A stretch of DNA of 63,997 nucleotides, filler included, from Choristocarpus tenellus KU-1152 (taxonomy: Eukaryota; Protista; Phaeophyceae): the NCBI GenBank assembly GCA_964200185.2. It is 10 parts of 10 records of this genome, joined end to end, with 100 filler letters (N's around TTAATTAATTAA, not from the genome) between each part and the next. Parts side by side here need not be neighbours in the genome. Positions count along the whole stretch, not along the records: positions 19,015 to 27,193 come from CAXNAD020005041.1; positions 27,294 to 32,262 come from CAXNAD020012331.1; positions 32,363 to 35,843 come from CAXNAD020019739.1; 7 more parts are not named here. One strand, 5' to 3'. The notes beneath the pieces were generated by a model. The model did not search any database and was not told the DNA's origin. It worked only from the letters and a program-made list of their open reading frames with translations. Positions 23,343 through 35,843 of this stretch are shown one piece after another (position 1 is the first letter of the stretch; each line of letters starts with the position of its first letter). A program made the translations under genes and the position numbers.

Positions 23343-23635
23343 TTTACTTAATAACTGTCCAACCTACAACTTAGATGGCAGATAACTATGAATAGGTAAT
23401 GACACATTATAATATCCTGTAGCATGTCATTACTCATCATAGGGTATAATGTTACATCATAGTAGGTGTTCACTTCAAGGCATGCCGTTTACTTAACTGC
23501 CCAACCCCAAACTCAGATGGTCGACAACTATGAGTGGGTAGTAAAACATTATACCCTACAATCTGTCACTATTGACAGGGTATAATGCTTTGTCATTACA
23601 GTAGTACATGGTTGGTTCACTTGAAGGCATGCCGA
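23343..23635. repeat. Diverged tandem duplication (~145-bp units) with internal inverted repeats
   Basis: Both units begin tttactta..actg.ccaacc, end gttcactt.aaggcatgccg and contain cattata...agggtataatg. Confidence 0.75.
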
Positions 23636-24249
23636 AGTAAGGGTAGCATTCATTCCAGCCAATGTATGAGACATGTCATTTTGACTGGACAACAATTAAA
23701 TGGCATTCTCGAGATCGCCCAATGAGTAAGGTATGCTTCTTCCTTTACTTTTGGAAGGTGGTCGTTTTATTTTTATTTTTCCATATAGGCACGTTTAGAC
23801 CTGTGTGTAATAACCAAACATGCCTTAAGATAGGAAGGTATACCATGATGTGACTAGAAACCACGCACTCCTCTACACTGCAACCTGTGTGTGGACACGC
23901 ACACATTGATCATCCCAGAAGAAGAAAGCCCACTGTCTAACTTGTCACCTCACATTGGAGCAGCAGCACTCTTCATTGAGCATATGAATGCTGGTGTGAC
24001 ACCATGGTGTAACAAGACATACCCAGTTTTTGCCCGTTTCGCCTTTGAACTTTTTTAATCCTTGGCAATTCACCCATTAAGGGCTAAGTTTGACTCGAGA
24101 GGGTTGGTTTCTCTATTGTTTGAAACTTTTCGACGCAATTAGGAAAATGTCCTATCCAAATTTGAAAAAAAATCATTTTGCACACATTTGCGGGCGTTCT
24201 TAATATGCAACTCTGGTTACCTCTCATTTACTTTGACTCAACAAATACT

Positions 24250-24700
24250 GGTTGATGGGCAGGCATGTACAATCCCCAAAAGCAAGCTCGACTCACTACA
24301 CAGTCGTGGATCGTGATGTAATCCAAGGTGCATGTGTACTGACATATATGTGATGCCACAAAGCTCTGTTACAGCACGCCCCAGAACTCACCTCCACAGG
24401 ACGTATAACTCAAATCCAACGACCTTAAAGCGACGCTATGGGGACGTTGCCCTTGGTAACAGTTTGTTGGGTGTCAGGCAGCATTTTCTCTCGATAACCC
24501 ACTCATTGTGTAGCTCTAAGCTCGACTCAATGTTAAGTTCAAGATAAAATAAATTGATATAAGAGGGGTGATGGCTTTGACCCAAAGCCCTTTTATTATT
24601 TTCATCATCTACCCAATTTCTTTGGTCTTCTATGCAACTGCTGTATACGTACTCCAATCATAAACCTTTATTCTGCAGCTCCTTAGGAACTTTGACGTTT
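24250..24700 (-). mobile_element. Possible degenerate Gypsy-like integrase remnant
   Basis: RKCCLTPNKLLPRATSP*RRFKVVGFELY resembles the zinc-finger/core junction of Gypsy integrase; stops and frameshifts. Confidence 0.3.
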
Positions 24701-25245
24701 TCTTCTGTAATGTTACTTATGCATTACAAATCTTGCTCCGTATCTTCTACGAAATCAACACATATTCTGTGAGGCTATCTATGTGTTGCTAATCTCGTAT
24801 ACTGTTTGCACTTCTTGTTATAACGCGAGAAACAATGCTCGCACTATTCGCCTGTAACAAATGTTCGTTTTTGCTAAACCATTAGAAGAAATGCTCGTGC
24901 TATTCGTCTGTAATAGCTCATCAAGAACTTTGATGTGGGCATCAAACAAGGGACAGAAGAAGCAATGAGTGTGACTTGGAAAAAGCATTGGCCAGCCCTG
25001 ACAAGGCTGGTGATCCCCACACTAGTAATGGATTCATTAAGGCTCAGAAGTAGCCACACCTACCTGGAAGAGGATGAAGTGGAGTTTTTGTTGTTGCATG
25101 AGCTAAGGATTAATCTTGTGTTGTCAGCTCTATTGTTTGATTCTACTGTGTGCGAGACTGATGAGGGGACTGGATTGTCAAAGACGAAACTGAGACACAG
25201 GGGTTATGATGGTGGTGGAGGGGCAAGTCATTTCTTCCTCTGTGT

Positions 25246-25425
25246 GGCTCAAAGTACCTGGGGGGGGGGGGGGGATCTATTCCAGGGTGTCCATTAGGGC
25301 CATAACCAGGAGAAGTGCACTTACATTATCCATCCGATGCATGCAACCAAATTCACCCAAAAATCCCGACATGGAAAAATGGGCCCCAAATGGACGGTCA
25401 CCCCCCCCCCCAGATACTTTGAGCC
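25246..25425 (+). mobile_element. Poly-G-TIR MITE-like element, full-length reference copy (180 bp)
   Basis: GGCTCAAAGTACCTG(G)n ... (C)nCAGATACTTTGAGCC; subterminal GTCCATT.GG / CCAAATGGAC inverted motif; flanked by GT/GT; non-coding. Confidence 0.9.
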
Positions 25426-27011
25426 GTACTGTATGTTACTCCTGTTCTCTACACCAACTGACAATATCGCACTGCACAGGCATTATTCTATGTCTGAGTG
25501 AATAGTACAAGCCATAAGCACATAGACCACACTTGGTTGAAAATATTTACGATTATTGCATTATTTCGAGCTGTTATCGACTTTTGAAGCATGTCCACCA
25601 TATCAGGTCTTAATTCACGACGCCTGGTTGCACCATTCAGAACAATAGTGACGGTGTGTAAATTCGTATGTAAAATACAGTACCAACCGTGACGATGTGT
25701 ACAAAAACTACAATGATATCCTTCCACAGGATGAATCAGAGAGGTGGGTGGTCAACATCCGGTTCCTCGTGAGAAGAGTAGGCCCTGTTGGACATATCAA
25801 TGCCAGCAATCCGTCAAGCACAACGCTAGTGCGGGTCAAAATGGAGAGGCCTTCCGTACGGTACTTGATACAATCTGAGAAGTGAACCGTGACTTGTTAT
25901 GAGCCAAGCCAATTGAGAGGTCGGCAGATTTGGGACATTTTGCATTTTAAGCAATCTTTCTTACCCTATACTGTGCAATGCACCCTATCTCCTTGCTTTT
26001 TCTTTTCGTGGGGATCCTTGAAATGCAACCCTACCTACCTCCCAATTGATTTGGGTTCATGATCTTGATATTTTTAGCGAGTAACAATCTGTCTCATTCG
26101 TTAAAATGAGAGTTTTTAGAGTCCCTAGAAAGTTTGGTTTCGACACCAATTGTTACACCTACTCAATATTTTTGTATTCCGAACGATGTCCAAGTGGGCA
26201 CGTTTCATTTGAGGCAAAAGGTCAATATTGGTATGGATGGATAGGTTTCTGTCAGATGCCACCTTGGCAAAATCAAAATGGGTACGGCAATGTCAACTAT
26301 CCACAACCAGGCATACACAAAAAGCGCGCTCGAGTTTGGTTTCTAGAAAAGCGCTGGCATTAAATGCAAACAACGCTCCACTTCACTACACCTCTGTCCA
26401 CAAGAAAACAGTGTTGTGTCGTTGCAGGCAATTAGCAACTACGAACTACTCTAAGAATTCTATAAAGTGACATGGCTTGGGGACTCGATTTGAATAGTTT
26501 TTTCCACAAGATGAATGAGTGCACAAGGTGGTAATAATCGAATTCCTCCTGAAAAACGGGCCGGGTAGGATCTTTCAAAGCCGCAATTCGGTTGAAGTGC
26601 AGCTAGTTCCATTGTGGCGTTGAACAAGTTCCTGCCAACCGGATAAGGATTTCCTGGCGTAAAGAAACCTCTACAACATACATACTGAAAACATTCTACA
26701 AGTCTGCCAGTTAGCAATTTGCACCTTTCCTTTTGGCGGTCTGGAAATGGACTTTTAATATTAGTCGGCAGTGTCCATATACATGCACCTCATTTCCTGA
26801 CTGACTTTCTTTTTCGAGGATGGGGTTATTCCTCAGCTTGGGGTTGAGAGGGAACATCTTGGCAGGGACTTGCTGCAGCAACACCCAGACTTTCGAAGAA
26901 AGAAAACTTCATATGCAAGTATGTGTATGCTTAACATGTACAGCATATATATATATATATATGCCTAATATTTTGGAGACGTTGTTATGGGGACGAGAAC
27001 CCAACAATTTA

Positions 27012-27192
27012 GGCTCAAAGTATCTAGGGGTGGTGGTGGTGGCTGTCCATTTGGGATCAATTTTTTCATATCGCGATTTTTGGATGATTTGATTCCATAC
27101 GTCGGATGGATAATGTAAATGCACTTTTCCTGATTTTGGTCAAATGGACACCCTGGTGTAGAACTCCCCCCCCCCCCCAGATACTGTGGGTC
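27012..27192 (-). mobile_element. Poly-G-TIR MITE-like element, near-full copy at contig end, opposite orientation
   Basis: ggctcaaagtatctagggg...gtccatttgggatcaatttttt...cccccagatac. Confidence 0.88.
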
Positions 27193-28525
27193 CNNNNNNN
27201 NNNNNNNNNNNNNNNNNNNNNNNNNNNNNNNNNNNNNTTAATTAATTAANNNNNNNNNNNNNNNNNNNNNNNNNNNNNNNNNNNNNNNNNNNNGTGGTTT
27301 CGCATGGGTCTTGTGGTGTGGTTGGAGGTCGTCGGGGTTAAGTAAAGGAGAAGGGGGGGGTACGGATCCTGGCATCAGGAAAGTTGACAGCCAGGATTTG
27401 ACGAGCCAGCAGTAGATGGTTTCCTATATGAAGTATATATTACACACAATGGAACTATCTCTTCCGTTGGAATTGAAGGGGATGGAACGGAAATTTTTAC
27501 AGATTTATACCCGCCCACTGCAGGCAATGCAACTCCACATGAAGTGCAACAGGAGTCGACTGGGAAGAGGTGAAAAAAGTTGGTTTACAAAGTAACCGCA
27601 AGAAGGGCCATGCGTACATGGGACCTAGCAAAGGGCCATTTTCTAGCTACAGGAAATAATTGGAAATATAAAAAGGGGAATAGTGTTGATAGCAGAGGAT
27701 CACACAGACGTTTTGTGTTGGAGATAGGCATACTTCCAAGTGACTGTTCTAAGGGGTAACTTATGAAATACACTATTTATTGCCCATACCTGCCTCCGAG
27801 CAAAGCAGGATTACTTATCCACACATATGTTCAAAGCTAGCTGTAGCGATAATGAATAGCCTAACAGTTGACACTAAGCAGAGTATGGGATTACGTAGGG
27901 TCACTTTTTACGATATAGTAAGTGGTTTGTCGATGTGACGCAACCTTAATGGTGAGAGAAGGATGGTAGTAGTACAAGAGCATGAATAATCATTGTGGAG
28001 TGGGCGCTAGAAGAAGAGTATCTAAACACACTAACCAGTAGTGTAGTTGTAACAAGAGTGACTGTTTGGTTTTCCACATTTTCTGGTGCAAAATTTGGAG
28101 CAAATAAGACTAATTCTCCCAGGTGATAGTTGTATTCATATCCTGGAGGAGTATGATAGAATATCACGCGCTATTTGGTTTAAGATTTTGGACCTTTCTT
28201 CTACAATAGTTGGGGTGATGACGTTTTTCTGTCTAGTTAAGATGGGTAGGCAGGTGCATCTTGTAATTCTGTACGAGGCCAAATCTTCAAATTTCATGTT
28301 CATGAGCGGCAAAGAAACTTAATGTGACAACCACAAGAACGGCACAATTGTGAATATTTTGTGCTTCTGTAGGATAAAGGGTGGCCTAGGAAACAACTGG
28401 TTGATTAATTGATGGTGGGGCGCTCTACCTGTGAGAGCATAATGACATGATTGGGCAGTAAAAAAACCTTGTTGCTTTGTCAGTGATTCCTGGTGTGTTT
28501 AGTGTAGTATAAGGTGAAATGTACA

Positions 28526-28704
28526 GACTCAAAGTATCTGGGGGGGGGGTGGCGGACGTCCATTTGAGACCAATTTTTTCATGTCGCGATTTTTGGGTTA
28601 TTTGGTTGCATGTCAGATGGATAATGCAAGTGAACTTTCCTGGTTATGGCCCAGATGGACACCCTGGTGTGGACCCCCCCCCCACCCCCCCAGATATTTG
28701 GGTC
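28526..28704 (-). mobile_element. Poly-G-TIR MITE-like element, full-length copy, opposite orientation
   Basis: gactcaaagtatctggggg...cccccagatatttgggtc; flanked by ACA/ACA. Confidence 0.9.
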
Positions 28705-30469
28705 ACATGATGCACGGACAACAAAACATTCACAGCTTGCACATTGTAAGACAAAGAACAGAAGGATCAGGAACGGATAAGCCAATGTATTCGTATTACC
28801 TGAGCAAGCTCGTTATACTTGTAGTATGTAGTATTCAAACCTGAGCGACATACTGTCGTCATAATAGAGGAGAGAACGGTGTAGATACACACTGAACACA
28901 CCAACTCGAGTACTCCAACAGGTAAGAAAAAAAATACAACACTCTCCATTTTCCAGTCCGATTTTTACCACCATACAAATAGCATTTAGTACTTCTTAAC
29001 ACACATTGTTGTTGCCAAAAAACTTGTGTTGTGAACTGAAGGAGTCTATTGCTATAATTGTATCAACTAGAAAAAATATTGAACTAATCGGAATTAACTC
29101 CAGATGCATGAGGCTATAAACTCTCTGCTTGAAGTGAGGCTTCTCCATAATGGGCGTGAACTTTCATCACTCCTTCATGCGCTTTTTCTGATCTGTAGAG
29201 GTTTATTCTCCGGCATGCACTATTGCTCATTCATGCCTTGCTTTTTAAATACAAGAGTGGTTGTGTGACGTTCAGCTTGTGATGTGATGTTCATATTGAC
29301 CAGAGTCACTAGGGTACAAAAGGGGGTAAGGACAGACATATAATCAGAGCTGGAAAGGAATAGAACAAAAATGTACTGGGTGATGAGTAGTGTGTACAAC
29401 GCACATATTGAACTGACGAAAAACACGTTTTGAGTACGAAGCGAGCATTCCACCAGGAAAACAAATGGAAAATGAAAATCAAGGAAAAAAACATTTTCGG
29501 CCGACACAGCATAATCCACAGGAGGAAATATCGCAGAAGGGTAGAAGGAAGATCGTAATAAACGTACCACACATGAGATTTGCAACATTAAATGGCAAGG
29601 GTGGTAAGAGATTGTGTAAAAATGTGTAAAAACATTAGCAATTGAAAACCCACATTTACGCGGTTGGCAGGCACCCCTGCTCATGTAACTTTTTTGATTT
29701 GGTGTGAAATCGAAAAGTGAACACTACCAAAAGAAAATTCTTCCACATGTTTGTCGGCATCCTAAAATCGCAACCCTACCTCTCATTCACTTTGGCTCAT
29801 TATCTGTAGCGAGTGCAGTTGAATGTGACCATAGGGGTCCCGAGTCACTATTCGTACCGTTGTTGTGGAGGACGGAGATCAAAGAAAACATGTTGACACT
29901 ATTGAGGCTTACATGTTACTGGTTCTAATCGTAGCATGCTGAGAATATTTGATGCTTTTTCATCAGACCTTTTTGTATATTTTTTGTTTGTGACGACTGT
30001 GAAGGCACCATCCATCATAAATAGAGTCAATTACCACTGACTGACCGAACCTCCTTTACCCCTACTATACACAGGAGAACGAGTCCAAATACAGACGTAA
30101 GACAAATACGAAAGACAGATAGTTCTTGTTATTCATTTTCACACAGGCACAATCCAATAACTATGTACCTATTGCTCAGGGAGCTACACTCATTCACCAG
30201 ATACTAGTAAAATATCACACATACGCAATGGAGGTGGGAGGATACTCAACACACTCCACAACAGCAGTGTAAGGAGGGAGGATATATAATGTAACGTGAT
30301 GAAACCAAGTGACCACAAACACACACACACACAGAACACAACAAGAAATTCAGATTAAACTACCTGTATTCAAGAACCTTTTCAAATTTCTCGTACTACC
30401 TATTAAGTAAGTGCCCAATCATAATCAAAACGTCACTAAAATAACATTTTAGGTGTATCATCTTGTTCA

Positions 30470-31069
30470 CCTTTTCAAAATACTTAATCTCTTTCCAAGT
30501 AAATGGGCTCCTATCTTTTTGGCCCTCCATATCTTGCAGACAGACAGACAGACAGATAGACACACACTTGCAAGAGTGAGTAAAACATGCCAAACTGAAC
30601 TATAGCCTTGGCCTCTCAGCCACCCCCTGTCACTGTCACTGTCACTGCCACAGCACAGCACAGCACAGTCGCATGTGCATTTGTCCTACCTACTCTCAAT
30701 CACTCACAACCCAGGGGATCTCTGCCTGAACAGGTCAGAAGAGCCACTGCTTAACCAGAGGTCAAGAAGTAAACTTGATACATCCTCTCTTCCCCTACCC
30801 CTGCGCACAGGTGCACTTGACATACAGGTAAACAAGAAATGCAAAGTTTCTTCCAATCCGTAGGGGGGTATCTGCGGTGACAAAGCGGCCTTGCCAGGAA
30901 TGCTTCTCCAGTGGTTCATGATATTGCTGTCGCTGCTCCATACTACTACATCCTTCAAATGTCCCAGCCTTTCCCAGGCAGGAAAAACATCACGAACAAA
31001 CACAGCCATCCCCCTTCCCCTACATATTTCGAAGCTCAAATTCCATTTTTCTATAGACCCGGGATCAAG
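30470..31069 (-). CDS. Probable exon fragments of an unidentified gene
   Basis: Open block cag|LDPGSIEKWNLSFEICRG...LFRQRSPG and DMEGQKDRSPFTWKEIKYFEK|gt; phases not reconciled, no family recognised. Confidence 0.3.
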
Positions 31070-32362
31070 CTGTAACATACAAAAGCAAGCAACCTGTGTC
31101 AAAAAGGGGGGGGCACAATTCGTCTCTTTTCACACTCCCCTTCACAACATTTCAGCCAGGGGGACTGAATAGCTTGTTCACACATCAGGCAAGTAACAAG
31201 AGGGCTGCCAATTCAATCAATAAGCACACATCCAGATACTCAAACATTGAACCCTAATCATCATCAGATGTCTCTCTCACGTATGCCCTTGAATATCGCA
31301 GAGTACCCTCTTGTAGGAAGGTTGCTAAAAAAAAAAGTAGAAATTTGTAAGTGGGCGTCATGTCGACAATGGGCAGGGGCGAGAGCAGCTTACTTGATCC
31401 ACTTTCCTTTCTCCTTCCCAAGGGAGCAATTCAGGTAAACAGGGAGTATATCTTATCTCCCTCATACCACAGCTCATACTGGTAGCCTGATAGGATAAGA
31501 CAGAAAAGAAGAATTAAAAATCATTATCGAGTTGAGAATGTGTATGTGAACGGGGGGGGGGGGGGGGTATTGAGATCACGTCTGTTCTTATTTCCCCAAA
31601 ATGTAACACTTCAACCGATGAATGGCCCCTTGCCACGAGTACAATTTTTCGAAAGGTTAGAAGGAGTGGATTCCTGCACTTTGTTTTCAAAGCTCCTCCT
31701 TCACTACTTTTCAGCAGCAAACAAGTCCAGCTCCTTCCATGTTCTCCACCCCCTACTCTTGTAGTTTGTCAACTTCACTACTATGTGTTGAATGAAAACC
31801 TCACTTCTGTTGAGGGGTTGGTTCCTCGTTGTACCACCCAGTCATTTCCAAATGTAAACAGACAGGCAACAGCACCTACAGGCCTCTATTGACAAGGTTG
31901 GTCATAAACTAGAACCGACTTGCACACAGGGCTATCGAGGGGCCAGAGTACCCTTACAAACTCGGGGGAGGTGTGAAATCATTCTGTGCTGAGACATGTG
32001 CTAACAGGCAGAACGCGACTTAAGGTTGGTTGTGACTTAAAAAGGATTTCCTCAAATTTATGAAAGGCGTGCGGGTTTGTTCTAAATCTTCATCTGTGTG
32101 TATGAGCCAACATTGAGCTGGAACCCATTTCCAACTTCCAAACTCCGCACACTCTCTGCAAAACATGATGTTTGCAAGGCACCCACCCACTCCCCAGTAA
32201 TTGGTGGAGTCAGGGGCCTCCCAGGAGATCAACGCTGTCCTAAATGAACACATTGTTAGACCNNNNNNNNNNNNNNNNNNNNNNNNNNNNNNNNNNNNNN
32301 NNNNNNTTAATTAATTAANNNNNNNNNNNNNNNNNNNNNNNNNNNNNNNNNNNNNNNNNNNN

Positions 32363-35300
32363 GTGCACCACCAAGCCCCCCTCCCCTTGACCCACTGCCC
32401 CCTCACCCCCTGCTGATCCCTGTGAAGGCTGCTCCGGTCTATCAACCCCACCCACATGCTGATCACCTCTGACCACGCACATCCTGCCACTCCTATTTGA
32501 AAGGAGCTGCGTGGGGTTGACATAAGACTCCCTCTCGAGCAAGTGGCCCACTACCCGCCTTCCATCGCCGGAAACCCCATTACCTCTGGTAGGGGAGTAT
32601 ACACCAGTCTTCTTCTTGTCTGACACCACTCCATCACCCCTCGGAGGTCTGAAAGGAGGCCGCTCGGAGATTTCATGGCCCCGTCTTGGAATAGCACCAC
32701 TTTCCTCAGCAACAATGGCACACCCATGTTTCAGGGTAGCATTTTCCCTCTTCAGGGCACAGTGAGAAGACATGTCCTTCCTGGAGTTGCTGGTAGTTCT
32801 ACCCCTGACCACAGTACGGTTTGCCTACCTGCATGGACTGGATGCGTCGGTGGTTGTTGCAGTGTATCTTGCATTAGAGGTGCTATAGTGATGGAGAGGG
32901 TATGGGGAGGGGGTTGGGAGGGGAGCAGAGCAGTTAATCATCAAGTCAGGAGGGAAGCACAGGGCCAAAGAGCATATGGGGAGGTCAATAGGGGACAAGC
33001 AAGTTGTTGGATAGTTGAGGGATGAGCTATAAAGCAGGTAGTTTCCTGAGAATACAAATGCATGTCGCACATTTCATTGTCCCCTTCTGCAATAAACAGG
33101 AAATGTCCCTAAGAAAGAAGAGAGTCAGAGTCCAACTGTGCCAAAGGCAGCCCAAAATCTAGATCAAAAACAAACAAACCTCATCCAGCAAGCACCTTTC
33201 TTGCTTGTAATCTCACCGTGATAGATCATCCACAACCCTGTTCCCGCTTGGAGCAATGCCATCTCCATTGCCTCCATACTTGCTCACTCGGCCATTTCTG
33301 ACGTCCTCACACTCCACCAAGGCCCCTTCAAGTTCAACATTAGAACCATGAAATGGGGCAAAGGTGGGACTCTCCTCAAACGTCGATATCGCTGGTGCCC
33401 CTGGGACCTCCTGTAAGTTATTGGGGCTGGAGGCGTTAACAATTTCTCACACAGGCATTGAGGGGCATTAAAAAGCATGAACACAGTTATAAGCAATTGA
33501 CACTGCATGTGCCAATTTCCCCTCTATAACAAAGATATTTAATTAAATAAAACACTCATCCAAAATACGTAACAATTTCCAAAAACACACCAGCAGCTGT
33601 GCAATATTGCATGTCAGACTGTACTATTGTACAGCATGATCCAGCACTGAACGATCAACTAAAAAATGAACTACACATGGGGGAACAGGTTTGTTCATTG
33701 CACTAAACAAAATTGCTCATTTCGATGAAGTAGCTAAATCCATAAAAATAACCTAGATAAAAAGTGTACAAGGGCTAAGCTCAAGGTTTAATCTTAACAT
33801 CCATAGAAATTAGCACACCTCCTTGCATCTTGTGGGTATAAGAGCCAGCAAGTCCTCGATCTCACCCCGCAGTTGAGCATTCATTCTTTCACTCTCATCC
33901 AGTGCCGCCTTCAATGTCCTGGTGACAATAGCAGTAGGGTCATAGGAAAAGGATGTAATGAATATACAAGAAAATCCCACTAGATTACACAATGGACGGT
34001 CAGAATCAGGAGTCCTGTTGGCTGCAATAGGTCACACATCCATCATGTACTGTAATGTTAACACCCTGTGGGAACATACTACGGCTCTAACTACATCAAC
34101 CTAGTGCTTACTATTGCATGAGCTGTACAAGGAAGTCTGGGAAATCCACTACTGGCACAACATGCAATGCCGAATCGCAAGGATTGTTAACTACTTTTCA
34201 ACCTATCCATCTCGTTACATACTATTTTCCATGGTCGCATACTCCATTGCTCAGATGATTAGACCATTCTTAAACTCTAGGTCACCACCACTGTTATACT
34301 GTTCCCTTGAATCAACACCAAACATGAAATCTAACAAACAATTTTCAATGGGTCTGTGCCAATTCATTCGGAGGTAGGCATAGTGCAGTTAATCCAGAGT
34401 CTTCAAAGTTCAAATTAAAAAAGTATTGAAAGGGCAAAAGGGGTGCAAGATAAAATGCAATCAAGATAAGGCCTGAAACATGAAACGTGCCATAACCACC
34501 CCACCCCCATTATATGCTATACTTCTACATGCTATGCCAATTGCTACATATCTTTCTCCTAGCAATTGCTTTCAAGTACTCCACGCATTTGTCCAAAAGC
34601 AGTGATATATTGCAGGAAGTTTAGGGGACTTAGGATGAGGGCACAGCGGAGGAATGGTGTGAGATTGGGATGGGTATAGTAGATTGAAAGTCCTTCAAAG
34701 GTGAAAAAGTGTATCAGTCTTGAAGATCTCAAGTAACCAACACAAATGGTGATAACACTGACAACTCTGGACTTGACTGGCTTGTTGCAAGCTTCAGCTC
34801 TCAAGTTTCAACCACTTTTCTTTCTTTTAAAGACTTGTTTCTTTTTTAGATGGCCTTTCTTTCTTCTAAATCACAGAGTCACACTTCAGCAGACCTAATA
34901 CAAGGAAATGAGGGGGACTAAGGCGTGCACTATACCTCTGCTGTGTACCTCCAACACAGCACGATGACTAATAGGTACAATTCACAAATTACTGTCGGCA
35001 AACTCAACATGCACAGGTGCATACTTGTTCTGGTATCTTCCTAATCTTGTCTACAACGTGCATAGAGCAACCAAGCTCAACATTTTATTTTGCATTCAGT
35101 GATATACTCATCAACACATACTCCCCAATCAGCCAACAACCCCCCTCCCCTGAGAGGGTCCGGCACCCAGGAGGTGGCCCACCACGATGTTTCCAATGAC
35201 AGAACATAAGCAAGTAGATAACGATTGCTATAACTCTACCACTACTGTAGAACTTTAAGAATGCAAACATATAAACAGAGACAGATAGCCCCAACAATAA

Positions 35301-35446
35301 TCGTATCACCTCAAATCATCCTCTTCAACCTTCTCCTCGTGGCAGTCATCTGGTCTGCGGGTCCTCAGAAGATCTTGAAGTGCTGAGCCTCAGCTTTAGC
35401 TTCCTGCAACTGTTGCATGGACATGTTTGCCTTCATCTCCCCACAT
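32363..35446 (-). pseudogene. Decayed multi-exon coiled-coil gene (exon remnants ~35446-35310, 34894-~34550, 33918-33819, 33410-33217, 32828-contig start)
   Basis: Splice sites remain phase-compatible (TLKAALDESERMNAQLRGEIEDLL; EVPGAPAIST...DDLSR), but there is a frameshift near 35385, several TGA stops in 34894-34700 and a TAG at 32825-32827. Confidence 0.6.
32514..32910 (+). repeat. 397-bp inverted duplication, left arm (partner 35447-35843)
   Basis: Reverse complement of 35447-35843 with about 8 differences by hand. Confidence 0.95.
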
Positions 35447-35843
35447 CCTCCCCATACCCTCTCCATCACTATAGCACCTCTAATGCAAGATACACTGCAA
35501 CAACCACCGACGCATCCAGTCCATGCAGGCAGGCAAACCGTACTGTGGTCAGGGGTAGAACTACCAGCAACTCCAGGAAGGGCATGTCTTCTCACTGTGC
35601 CCTGAAGAGGGAAAATGCTACCCTGAAACATGGGTGTGCCATTGTTGCTGAGGAAAGTGGTGCTATTCCAAGACAGAGCCATGAAATCTCCGAGCGGCCT
35701 CCTTTCAGACCTCCGAGGGGTGATGGAGTGGTGTCAGACAAGAAGAAGACTGGTGTATACTCCCCTACCAGAGTCAATGGGGTTTCCGTCAATGGAAGGC
35801 GGGTAGTGGGCCACTTGCTCGAGAGGGAGTCTTATGTCAACCC
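35447..35843 (-). repeat. 397-bp inverted duplication, right arm (runs into gap)
   Basis: ORFs 35365..35682(-)/35380..35895(+) mirror 32675..33025(+)/32315..32812(-). Confidence 0.95.
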
